Position numbers and translations under genes: made by a program | The notes under the pieces: generated by a model | What the model was told of the DNA's origin: nothing | Seen by the model: the letters and a program-made list of their open reading frames with translations, nothing else | The model's database searches: none | Virus record (IMG/VR): IMGVR_UViG_3300021142_000002 | Coordinates: 1-64,000 of that record | Length of the DNA: 64,000 nt | Reading direction: 5' to 3' (one strand) | Shown here: positions 41,253-49,990 of the stretch, in pieces | Layout of the letters: each line of letters opens with the position of its first letter | Position numbering within the stretch: position 1 is the stretch's first letter

Positions 41253-41273
41253 AAAAAAAAATAATTAGATAAT

Positions 41274-41307
41274 GAGTAGAGATAGAGCCTAGGCTCTATC
41301 TCTACTC
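41274..41307. terminator. Perfect loop-less 34-bp palindrome between convergent genes
   Basis: GAGTAGAGATAGAGCCT|AGGCTCTATCTCTACTC. Confidence 0.8.
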
Positions 41308-41429
41308 TATGTTACTTTTTATAGTTAGTTAAATCTTCTTTAAAAGATTCTAATAAAACTTTACTGATGCCCACCTACTCCTCTTCTGAAAGCTTAATAG
41401 CTTTATCAAAGAATTCATCTAGAAATTCT

Positions 41430-41744
41430 TTAGGCACACACTGTCAACTGCTCATTTCCCATAAAAGGAATTTCGGTAATAAAGTAACCAAGCCGATTCA
41501 CGTAATGAAGGTCTGAGATAATATAAAAATTATCTTCTTCCTCAATCATGGTCCAAACGGTATATTGGTCTGCATGAAAGGCTGCAGCTACATACAACAT
41601 GTCGTTTGGATCTGTATCATAAAGATACTCCCTACCATCACTGGCTTCATTATTAGGATTTTTAACTGGCTTATAAGCTTCAAACCAATTTTCAAAACTA
41701 ATCGTTCCAATGTCTTTAGGAACAAGTACTTCTAATTCACTCAT
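41430..41744 (-). CDS. Hypothetical phage protein
   Basis: WFEAYKPVKN...VWT...HYVNRLGYFITExP pattern common in small phage proteins. Confidence 0.6.
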   Translation of the reverse strand: MSELEVLVPKDIGTISFENWFEAYKPVKNPNNEASDGREYLYDTDPNDMLYVAAAFHADQYTVWTMIEEEDNFYIISDLHYVNRLGYFITEIPFMGNEQLTVCA

Positions 41745-42031
41745 TTTAATCTCCTGTAGTTAGTAATGCCTAAACCAACACGGTCTAAGCATATGTCAAT
41801 TCTTTCAAGCATGGATGGTTTAGTATCATAGTTAGCTTCTACGATTCTTTTTCTTAAAGACTTTAAGTATTTAACTTGCTCATTTAAAGTCCTGTAATCA
41901 GAATCTAGTTCTTCTCTAGTAAGAACATTAGGATCTAACACATTCCTTAAAACCAGTATTATTTTAGAATCATTAATTTTAGCTATTCTAGCTACCATTA
42001 ATGTCGCTAAATTCTTTTCTTCAGCATTCAT
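41741..42031 (-). CDS. Hypothetical protein
   Basis: Start MNAEEK after AGGAG; 4-nt overlap with the next gene. Confidence 0.55.
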   Translation of the reverse strand: MNAEEKNLATLMVARIAKINDSKIILVLRNVLDPNVLTREELDSDYRTLNEQVKYLKSLRKRIVEANYDTKPSMLERIDICLDRVGLGITNYRRLK

Positions 42032-42062
42032 TGTTTCTCCTATAAATGATATTGATATCATT

Positions 42063-42075
42063 TAGATAATGTATA
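42063..42075 (-). promoter_or_regulatory. Putative early promoter TATACATTATCTA
   Basis: Exact motif 32 nt upstream of ATG 42031. Confidence 0.65.
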
Positions 42076-42115
42076 CTTAATATAATTTTGAGAAAAAAAA
42101 ATATTAGCATGTTTA

Positions 42116-42143
42116 TTGTAGACTAGCCTAAGCTAGTCTACAA
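42116..42143. terminator. Near-perfect palindrome (centre CCTAAG)
   Basis: TTGTAGACTAGC-ctaa-GCTAGTCTACAA. Confidence 0.65.
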
Positions 42144-42149
42144 ATACAT

Positions 42150-42419
42150 TTACAGATAATCGTCCTCTTTGGGTAAAGGGTTCTTCATCCTTGCCATAAA
42201 TGTGGATGCCAACATCATAGTAGCTGACGTTGACCTTACAGTTTTTACGCCATTGCCACTCATGGCTTTTACCTCCACCTCATAATGAACTGATGTTATT
42301 TCTTTTTTGGAATTCACTGTTTTTAAACAGTCTTTGATTTCGCCGACCATAAATGTAGTCATAGCATCTGCTGTTAACACTACCAGATCGCCGACCTTAT
42401 AATCTCTTTTTGTACTCAT
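42150..42419 (-). CDS. Hypothetical protein
   Basis: 89-aa ORF with AGGAG RBS. Confidence 0.55.
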   Translation of the reverse strand: MSTKRDYKVGDLVVLTADAMTTFMVGEIKDCLKTVNSKKEITSVHYEVEVKAMSGNGVKTVRSTSATMMLASTFMARMKNPLPKEDDYL

Positions 42420-42451
42420 TTTTTTTTTCTCCTAAATAAAAAACATAATTC

Positions 42452-42483
42452 AGATAGAGTGGGGCATATGCCCTACTCTATCT
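42452..42483. terminator. 32-bp palindrome with one mismatch
   Basis: AGATAGAGTgGGGCAT|ATGCCCtACTCTATCT. Confidence 0.7.
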
Positions 42484-42489
42484 ACTGTA

Positions 42490-43152
42490 TTAGCCCTTTA
42501 ATACTGATTGGAATTTCTTGGCCATGGCTGGATCAATGGCCTCCATGGCAGTAATTGCATCATTAAGACGCTTTACAGACCAAGCCTCCTTCACATCGTT
42601 TAACGACTGACCATAAATGCCAACTTGGCCCAACCATTGCAATGCTTCTTGCTTCCATTCAGGATGGTCTTTAAATAGAGGAAAAAGATTTTTCTGCCAA
42701 GGTGTAGCATCACGCTTACGTGCATCATGATACTCTAGCACCTTCATTGGTCTAATATCTGCCAGAGCTGCAAACCAATCTGGAATGGTGTCACGATTTC
42801 CTTCACGAACATAATAGAAACTTTTTCCATCGGGAAACTCCTGAATCAGTTCTTTATCTCCATTTTCTGACCACCAGCCGATTTCTCGACCTTTAAGGGA
42901 TTTAACCCAATCCCATGTAGGCTCAAATTTCTCAACCTGAGTTTCAATCTCCAAGTTTTTAGGATTGATTACTTCTAGTTGATGGCCAACTAATTTGCCC
43001 TTCATCTTGATGGGTACCGTTTTTAACAGCCCAGTTCCAAACTGAGGATTCTCTAAAGGATACTGATTATCGGCTGCAACCATCTTTGCAATTGCAGCCA
43101 ACACTAAAGGCCGGGTAAGGCCACTTACTTTAAATTCAGAACGATATTTCAT
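42490..43152 (-). CDS. Hypothetical protein
   Basis: Probable start MKYRSEF after GGAG; locally GC-richer. Confidence 0.6.
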   Translation of the reverse strand: MKYRSEFKVSGLTRPLVLAAIAKMVAADNQYPLENPQFGTGLLKTVPIKMKGKLVGHQLEVINPKNLEIETQVEKFEPTWDWVKSLKGREIGWWSENGDKELIQEFPDGKSFYYVREGNRDTIPDWFAALADIRPMKVLEYHDARKRDATPWQKNLFPLFKDHPEWKQEALQWLGQVGIYGQSLNDVKEAWSVKRLNDAITAMEAIDPAMAKKFQSVLKG

Positions 43153-43181
43153 TGTAAATCTCCAAAAGGGTTTGAATAAGT

Positions 43182-43215
43182 TAATTGGAATAATCACTAG
43201 TGATTATTCCAATTA
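43182..43215. repeat. Perfect loop-less 34-bp palindrome overlapping an early-promoter motif
   Basis: TAATTGGAATAATCACT|AGTGATTATTCCAATTA. Confidence 0.75.
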
Positions 43216-43226
43216 GATAATATAAA
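43214..43226 (-). promoter_or_regulatory. Putative early promoter variant
   Basis: Minus strand TTTATATTATCTA. Confidence 0.5.
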
Positions 43227-43252
43227 TGTTAATTAATTTTGAATCTATAGTT

Positions 43253-46033
43253 TTACCAATTAATAGCTGACTTTACTACAGATTTAGACTTAATATAGCA
43301 TTTTGGCATATCAGCACCTTCAATGCATGAATCTACTATCTCTTGAGATAATAGAGCATAATCTATTAGATGTTCCATACCTGCCATTTCTTCTATTTCG
43401 TCAGTTTTTACTGACTTAGCTCTAATAGTAGAATGTTCTCTACCTAAGATCTTATCAACTTGTTCTTGAGACCATTCTTGTATCTCTTGCATTCTAGTGG
43501 ATAGATTAGGTATTTCTCCAGTATCTAATACAATGTCATAGATATAGACCTGAGCTGTTTGTCCTATTCTGTAAACACGGGCTGAAGCTTGTGTTCTATC
43601 TAGACTTCTAAAAGGTGGATTTAAGAAGATACAAACATTAGCCATGATTAATGTTACACCTGTTGATAAAGACTTAATAGTAGCTATTAATGGATTAACT
43701 TTTGCATTCTCTTTAAACTTCTTTAAGATGTTTGTTAAGTCCCAGTTATTATCAGCATAGACTGCAATAGGCTCAAATCCTTTAGATTTAAAATAATCCA
43801 TAGCAGAGTTAGCTGTATCTACATAGTCAGTAAAACAAATTGTTTTCTTTTCTGCATCTTCTACTATCTTATCAATGTCGGAATGCCATACTAGCTCAGA
43901 ATGTAACTCAGCTCTTCTTCTACCTAATACACCACCTAAGTATTCGCCCATAACAACTAATATAACGTATTTATAAACACCTTTACTTTTCTTAAATTTA
44001 TTCTTTAAGTCTTTATCCAATAAAGGCATTATTTTTTTCTTTTCAAAGTCATTACAATACATGCTCATATGACCCATAGTGGTAGGATCAAAGTACTTTC
44101 TAATTTCTTTTACATATTCCTTATATAGATTATAAGCAGTAACATCTTCTTTATGGACTAAATGTTTTTCATAGACTTCAATACCCGCTTTATATATCTT
44201 TTCATGCTCAGGCATTTCCTTTACATACTTTTCTAATCTTTCTTTAAGAAACTTAGTAAATTCTTCTTTTAGATAAGGACCCGTATAGCGAGTAGCATCA
44301 GGTAATTTAATCTTTAATTCTACACTAATAGGTTTAGTATCTCCCATAACAACTGATTGTGGGATTTTGTGCGCTAACATTCCTAATCTATGCTGTAATA
44401 TTTCTAAAGCCCTATTGGCAGAACGATTATAGATACATTTAAAGCGTTCTTCAACATTAGGTGTAAACATAGGGTCAATAGCTTTTAGCAAAGGCACCAG
44501 CTCGTTACCAATGCACCTTACTGAAGTCCCTGACTCATGTATTATGTTTTTAGATCCAGATAATTTACACATTTCTAAATAGAGTTCAGTCCTTAAAGAT
44601 TTTACATCATTTAAATTATGACTCTCATCTAAGATAATACAAGGGTTTTTAAATCTAGTTTCTTTTCTACTAAAAAACTCTACAGCCTTAGATAAAGCTT
44701 CATAATGAAATATATAAAAGTCCATTCCTGGAGGAGGCGATGTTTCCATATCTGACTTCCATATTGTTTTAGTTCCTTTATACTGTACGTTAATAGCATC
44801 TGCCCAGACGGAATTAATAATGTATTTAGGACAAACTATAACTGTAGTATCTGCATGTAGGCATAATGCAATTGCTAGACCCATAATTGAGTTATGAGTA
44901 ACTATATAGTCATCTGTTATATAGAGCTGGTCTGGATGATCTATGGAAATACATTTAACTAGTTGTTTACCCTTATACTCAACAGATTTAATGCCTATTT
45001 TGTTAAATGAAGAAATAGAATACTTTACACCATTACTAAAATCATCTGCTATATAGCCTATTGATCTAAATAACTCTATGATAAGTCTTCTAATATCATG
45101 ATTAACAATAATTAGAAAACCTGAAGTACTATAAGATTTAAACTTTTCTATTAGTAAACTAGCTAATTGAAATCTTTGTTTATGAGATCCATTTAAAGCA
45201 TTATTGACTTCAGTAATATTAATATTAGGAATATCTAAATCTGGAATATCTTTAGAGATTACATCAGGTAGTGGTAAGTCTAGAAAAACATAGTCTATTG
45301 TTTTATCTTCTAATAAATCTTTAAGTACTAGAGTGGTTGCTAAATAACCATCTGGGCATTTATTGGTATATACTTTCCATAAATGATCATCAGCAGCTTC
45401 TGTAGATCTATCATCAGCTAATGTTATTTTAAAGGTAGGTTTATAAACAGGCTCAGTAGTGTTAATAACTACTGAGGATACACCAGACTGAGTAATTACT
45501 GTATCACCTACTTTAATATCACCCATAGTGGTCCAACCATTAGGCACTCTAATTTTACAATGTAAAGGCTGAGCTTTTCCTGTACCCACATCTGCTGCTA
45601 ATAAATATCCGTTTAAATGAGAGGATACTACCTTTTGATCATAGGCATTTAAAGCTTCCAGCTGAGCCGGTAATAGAGTATAGGTCATTTTAGATAACTG
45701 ACTATAATCTAGCGTATGTTCTTTATTTTCCTTTAAGTAATCTGCATACCATGTTTGACTCTTTAAACATTGCAGTATCTTAACAATATCACTGTCTCTA
45801 CTATCTCTATTTTTATATTCTAAAATCTTAGCAATAGAGTAATAAACATCAGGTACAAAAAAAGAATGGAAAGTAACTGATCTAGCACTCTCTGTATTAA
45901 ACATATACTTTCTAATAACACTCGTGCACCAGACTTTATCAATGTCTCTTAATAGATCTCTAGTTCTAATATTGTTAATGGTAACAATACCTCGATTAGA
46001 TTCCTCTACATGTATTTTGAATAAATTAAACAT
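43253..46033 (-). CDS. SF2/SNF2-like helicase (phiKZ gp203-like) containing an intein
   Basis: AADVGTGK/S Walker A split by the intein; ILDESH, SGT, SLSTGVTL and QAxARVYRIGQ motifs. Confidence 0.85.
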   Translation of the reverse strand: MFNLFKIHVEESNRGIVTINNIRTRDLLRDIDKVWCTSVIRKYMFNTESARSVTFHSFFVPDVYYSIAKILEYKNRDSRDSDIVKILQCLKSQTWYADYLKENKEHTLDYSQLSKMTYTLLPAQLEALNAYDQKVVSSHLNGYLLAADVGTGKAQPLHCKIRVPNGWTTMGDIKVGDTVITQSGVSSVVINTTEPVYKPTFKITLADDRSTEAADDHLWKVYTNKCPDGYLATTLVLKDLLEDKTIDYVFLDLPLPDVISKDIPDLDIPNINITEVNNALNGSHKQRFQLASLLIEKFKSYSTSGFLIIVNHDIRRLIIELFRSIGYIADDFSNGVKYSISSFNKIGIKSVEYKGKQLVKCISIDHPDQLYITDDYIVTHNSIMGLAIALCLHADTTVIVCPKYIINSVWADAINVQYKGTKTIWKSDMETSPPPGMDFYIFHYEALSKAVEFFSRKETRFKNPCIILDESHNLNDVKSLRTELYLEMCKLSGSKNIIHESGTSVRCIGNELVPLLKAIDPMFTPNVEERFKCIYNRSANRALEILQHRLGMLAHKIPQSVVMGDTKPISVELKIKLPDATRYTGPYLKEEFTKFLKERLEKYVKEMPEHEKIYKAGIEVYEKHLVHKEDVTAYNLYKEYVKEIRKYFDPTTMGHMSMYCNDFEKKKIMPLLDKDLKNKFKKSKGVYKYVILVVMGEYLGGVLGRRRAELHSELVWHSDIDKIVEDAEKKTICFTDYVDTANSAMDYFKSKGFEPIAVYADNNWDLTNILKKFKENAKVNPLIATIKSLSTGVTLIMANVCIFLNPPFRSLDRTQASARVYRIGQTAQVYIYDIVLDTGEIPNLSTRMQEIQEWSQEQVDKILGREHSTIRAKSVKTDEIEEMAGMEHLIDYALLSQEIVDSCIEGADMPKCYIKSKSVVKSAINW
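44891..45574 (-). mobile_element. Class 3 intein (228 aa) with degenerate homing-endonuclease remnant
   Basis: Starts AQPL directly after GTGK. Block B DHLW, block F VKCISID and block G YIVTHN followed by Ser give the W-C-T signature. Confidence 0.85.
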
Positions 46034-46101
46034 TATAATATCCTAATTAATAATGGGTTTATATAGGGTCATAAAATGAAAGCAAAAAAAAAAGATTTGG
46101 G

Positions 46102-46128
46102 GAGGGTATAGAATTATTCTATACCCTC
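46102..46128. terminator. Palindrome, 13-bp arms, 1-nt centre
   Basis: GAGGGTATAGAAT-t-ATTCTATACCCTC; T-tract on the minus strand. Confidence 0.7.
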
Positions 46129-46201
46129 TTTACTTAGTCTATATCTGCATCACCATGGACAATTTCATACATCTCATCATCATCTAATTCATTCTGCCAT
46201 G

Positions 46202-46876
46202 CTATATACTCTCAATCAGTTTATTAAAAATAGTCATTGCATGGTTGTTAATGGTAGAGCCTGTATTAATAGACACAGGTATACATTTACCCACATGCTG
46301 ATAGGTTTCATATTCAATAATAGGCAGCGGTATAGTAGGCACTACATCTTCAGTGTTAAAGAACCTGCAAGTATCAATTGGCAATGCTTCAAAGTTTTTA
46401 GCAAAGTCAATATTACCTACTCTAGGGGATGAAAATGTATAAAGAGTAGGATTTAAATAAGCGAGTTCATCTGCCATTAATGTGGCAATAGCAGCCCCCA
46501 GACTATGACCTGCAATAAATAATGGATTCTTAGGGCGCCAGGCTTTAATGTCTTGAATCATTTGCTCATGGAGCTTATAGAAGCCTTTATGGACCTTACC
46601 ACCCCTAGGGAAATCTATTAACTCACAGTCTGCATTACTAATCCAATCAGCTACACTATCAGTACCTCTAAAGATAATGAAATCAGCATCCCCAATGGTG
46701 CCAATAAAACCAAAGTATTCAAGATCTTTACAAAAGCCCATAGGTCTTGCAAAAAGAGCCATTTGTTTTTGACCTTTAATAAAGTCAGGTTCAATAATAT
46801 TCTCTTTATTCTTTACTAACTCTGCTTTGTCATACGCATATTGAATATACTGAGTGATTTCCGATAGATAGTTCAT
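46202..46876 (-). CDS. Lipase class 3 family alpha/beta hydrolase
   Basis: FRGT...DW, VHKGF, GHSLGAAIA nucleophile elbow, TFSSPRVG, DVVP and a C-terminal His. Confidence 0.88.
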   Translation of the reverse strand: MNYLSEITQYIQYAYDKAELVKNKENIIEPDFIKGQKQMALFARPMGFCKDLEYFGFIGTIGDADFIIFRGTDSVADWISNADCELIDFPRGGKVHKGFYKLHEQMIQDIKAWRPKNPLFIAGHSLGAAIATLMADELAYLNPTLYTFSSPRVGNIDFAKNFEALPIDTCRFFNTEDVVPTIPLPIIEYETYQHVGKCIPVSINTGSTINNHAMTIFNKLIESI

Positions 46877-47418
46877 GCAGCTTTCTCCGATAAGTTTAAT
46901 ACCATACGAGACTTATTAGCCCCTTGTTTTGTATAGAATTTAAAGCCCATTAATTCATACAGTTTCTTAGCTATTAAATTCCCATTATCCACTGTAAGAT
47001 ACAGGTATTTAGCTACCTGATCTTTTCTCAATAAAGCAATTAATGTATTAATCATTAATCGTCCATATCCTTTCCTTTGATACTCTTTTAAAATACCAAT
47101 TCCAAATTCCCCAGAAATAACGTCAGTAGAAGATTTATATCTTAATACACCTACTAATATATCATTGACTTGTAGTACTAGATAGTAGTTAGGTAAATCA
47201 ATATACTTATTGAGTCTATTGATCTCAAACCGTGCTTTATCGTTGGGATTAACATTATTTGATCTTAGGAAGATAGATTCTTTAACTAATTGCTTTTGCA
47301 ATTCAATTAAATTATCTTTATCTTCCATAACTGCTTTTCTTACATGAACTTCTACTTGATCAGGTTTATCATAGAAGTCACTTACTTTTAATGTTGGTCG
47401 CATAGAGACCTTCTCCAA
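46873..47418 (-). CDS. GNAT family acetyltransferase
   Basis: GIGILKEYQRKGYGR motif A; LTVDNGNxxAKKLYExMGF motif B. Confidence 0.85.
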   Translation of the reverse strand: MEKVSMRPTLKVSDFYDKPDQVEVHVRKAVMEDKDNLIELQKQLVKESIFLRSNNVNPNDKARFEINRLNKYIDLPNYYLVLQVNDILVGVLRYKSSTDVISGEFGIGILKEYQRKGYGRLMINTLIALLRKDQVAKYLYLTVDNGNLIAKKLYELMGFKFYTKQGANKSRMVLNLSEKAA

Positions 47419-47885
47419 ATGTAGCCAAAGTCTTTAACTTCGGTATTAGATTTTATAAAGTTCTTTTTGGTAAAGAAGTTAATAGAAGGTTTATTTTCTT
47501 CCTGTATTGTACAAAACAAACTATCATAACCTAAACTAATAGCTTCTTTTATAGCCAGGTCCAATAAATTAGATGCAAATCCTCTTCCTTTATAATCTTC
47601 CTTAATACCTAAACTAATTAATCCAGTTAGATTATAGAAATTAATGTTTGGTAGTTCATTACTGTTTTGAAGCATTAAATAGCCGATAGGAATATTATCA
47701 TTAATATTCTCATAAGCCAATAATATAAACTCCTTAGTCTTTTTACCCTTCTTTAAAATACGACTATCTGCCAGCCAATGGGAGTTATTATAAGGTAAGT
47801 AAGGTGTTTCATCCTTTAACCAATATCTTAAATTAACTAGACTTTCTAAATCTGCCAGTGTGGCTGTTTTAATTAATGATAACAT
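47388..47885 (-). CDS. GNAT family acetyltransferase
   Basis: LGIKEDYKGRGFAS; NKPSINFFTKKNF. Confidence 0.85.
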   Translation of the reverse strand: MLSLIKTATLADLESLVNLRYWLKDETPYLPYNNSHWLADSRILKKGKKTKEFILLAYENINDNIPIGYLMLQNSNELPNINFYNLTGLISLGIKEDYKGRGFASNLLDLAIKEAISLGYDSLFCTIQEENKPSINFFTKKNFIKSNTEVKDFGYIWRRSLCDQH

Positions 47886-47916
47886 TTTGTTTTCTCCTAA
47901 GTAAAGTAATGTCCTA

Positions 47917-47929
47917 TAGATAATGTATC
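47917..47929 (-). promoter_or_regulatory. Putative early promoter (GATACATTATCTA)
   Basis: One mismatch to the consensus, 32 nt upstream of ATG 47885. Confidence 0.6.
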
Positions 47930-47945
47930 TATTAAAAGATTTCTA

Positions 47946-49292
47946 TTATCGAGTAGCTCTTTCTATACTTAAGGTTAAATTAGTGCTAGATACATAGTTA
48001 GTATCAGTAACATTAGGTTTATAAGTCATCACTGTGGTTTCTGTGAAAGATAGAATACCAAATAGACTATAAGGAACATCTCTGTATTTATAGATGAACT
48101 TAACAGGCATGCCAGGATAGAGTAAATAAGGGTTAGAGTGTTCCCAAGTTACTTTAACGATATTAATTAAACTAGCAATTGCCTGACTAGCTGCTTCCCA
48201 TGGATTAGAAGATAATAATCCCGGCACAGCTTTAATGTTATCTAATTCACCTTCTCTTTGCTCAAAGCTTACATTAACAAAGTTTCTTCCCTTCGGCGTA
48301 TTAGCTTGACCACCTTTAACATCATGAAAATGATCGAGTAAATTACCTGTTTTAGCGAGTTTAAAACCCTGACCTGATCTATCTATTTGACTATCAGCAA
48401 AGTCAATGTGTTTAGTATCTCCAGTTGCAAAGATATAGATTTCATTACCATCTTGATAATAGCTATTGGTGATACCCATCATTTCATTTTTAGGTACATT
48501 AACAATAGTTAAGCGTGTACTGGAATTACTATACCGTGTAAAGTCAAAGAGTGGATAAATATACCATATTCCTTGAGTAAGATAGTAGCCTAATGAAGCT
48601 GAGTATACTCCCCATTTCTTTTGTAGCCAAGCTGGCAAATCTGCTAATCTAACCCCATTAGGTATTAGTCGTTGATAATACCTTTCAGTATTATTAGGCT
48701 CATAAACCGATACACTAAATCCTTTTGTCATATCCTCAGATAAAGCCTTTAAGGGCTGACTCATTAATCCTTGCAGTAATTCTTTCATTGTACAATTTCT
48801 ATAGACTCCACCTACATCCCAGAGTCTAAATTCAGATAATCCTTTTTCCACCATTTGTACATGGATAGTAATTAACTCTCCTAAGTCATCTGTATAATTA
48901 CCAGATAATTTACCTGATCTAGTTTCAATAGCCTCTGAAGTATTATCGGTTAGAAATGCATTATAGTTTTCTGTCACTACATTTCCTATCACTGATTTCT
49001 TTCCAGTAATGCCAGTGAGTGTTCTAATTAACTGACATTTTAATAGTCTTCTATCAAGCGCTATAAGCTGCATATAGATAGATTTATAAACCTGCATACT
49101 CACATATAACTGATCTGATATTTCTGTCATATACGACGATATACGATGAATTGAGACCACATTATGGACGGGTATTTCATCGTTTGTGCTACCATCAATA
49201 AAAGTGGCTGTATAATCCCAATTAACTGGATTTTGTTGATTGTTATTTATGTTATTAAATAACTGTTTATAGACTGCATCATCAATAATCAT
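47946..49292 (-). CDS. Virion structural protein (phiKZ gp101-like)
   Basis: IPNGVRLxDLPxWLQxxxGVY...WYIYPLFD and WEHSNPxLLYPGMPVK motifs; synteny. Confidence 0.7.
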   Translation of the reverse strand: MIIDDAVYKQLFNNINNNQQNPVNWDYTATFIDGSTNDEIPVHNVVSIHRISSYMTEISDQLYVSMQVYKSIYMQLIALDRRLLKCQLIRTLTGITGKKSVIGNVVTENYNAFLTDNTSEAIETRSGKLSGNYTDDLGELITIHVQMVEKGLSEFRLWDVGGVYRNCTMKELLQGLMSQPLKALSEDMTKGFSVSVYEPNNTERYYQRLIPNGVRLADLPAWLQKKWGVYSASLGYYLTQGIWYIYPLFDFTRYSNSSTRLTIVNVPKNEMMGITNSYYQDGNEIYIFATGDTKHIDFADSQIDRSGQGFKLAKTGNLLDHFHDVKGGQANTPKGRNFVNVSFEQREGELDNIKAVPGLLSSNPWEAASQAIASLINIVKVTWEHSNPYLLYPGMPVKFIYKYRDVPYSLFGILSFTETTVMTYKPNVTDTNYVSSTNLTLSIERATR

Positions 49293-49301
49293 AGTGATCT
49301 C

Positions 49302-49982
49302 TTATCTAGGACTAAACTTATAAGGATTGGTTTCATCGGTATAATCTGGACCAAAAGTAGCTGTTCTGCTAAAGCCATCAAGAAATACTTTGTTAGGATT
49401 AGTGGTTAAGTTTCCAGTGGCCGTATTGCCACCTAATAATTGTTGCAACTTAACCATAGCAGAATCACCTTGATTATTAACCGTATAACCATTAGCTAAA
49501 TCCTCTAATAAAGATTGTAAGTTTTTTAAAGCTTCAATATCTTCAGCAGGTGGTCCTTCATAAAACGGCTCTAGTAAGCCTTTATATTTAATCTCTTCTA
49601 GATAAGTACAAAGATCAGAATATATTTCTACTGAATTAATAGGGTTTAATAGCCCTACAGTACCTTTCTTATAAATCATACTAGCCAGCGTTGCTGTATT
49701 TAAACTCACTAACTCAGCAGCAGTTTTTCCAATGCTCTCATTGTATTCCTCACCAATAGAGAATCTAGAAGTGCCATAAAGCATATCAAGCACACCTTGT
49801 TCATTAGAACAAGTTTCTATTCTAGACATTTCTCTATTGACTATTCCAAACCCTGCACCCATTGGTTTAGGATTAAAGACTTCATGTTCTTTAGGAACAT
49901 TATGAATAACTGATAAAGAAACTTTAGTAGTTTCACAGAGCCAATATTTATCAAATAAAGCAGCACCGGCATCATAGGGCAT
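49302..49982 (-). CDS. Hypothetical protein (phiKZ gp100-like position)
   Basis: IYxDLxxYL...PPxEDIxxL; lies between gp99-like and gp101-like genes. Confidence 0.5.
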   Translation of the reverse strand: MPYDAGAALFDKYWLCETTKVSLSVIHNVPKEHEVFNPKPMGAGFGIVNREMSRIETCSNEQGVLDMLYGTSRFSIGEEYNESIGKTAAELVSLNTATLASMIYKKGTVGLLNPINSVEIYSDLCTYLEEIKYKGLLEPFYEGPPAEDIEALKNLQSLLEDLANGYTVNNQGDSAMVKLQQLLGGNTATGNLTTNPNKVFLDGFSRTATFGPDYTDETNPYKFSPR

Positions 49983-49990
49983 ATTAGTGT

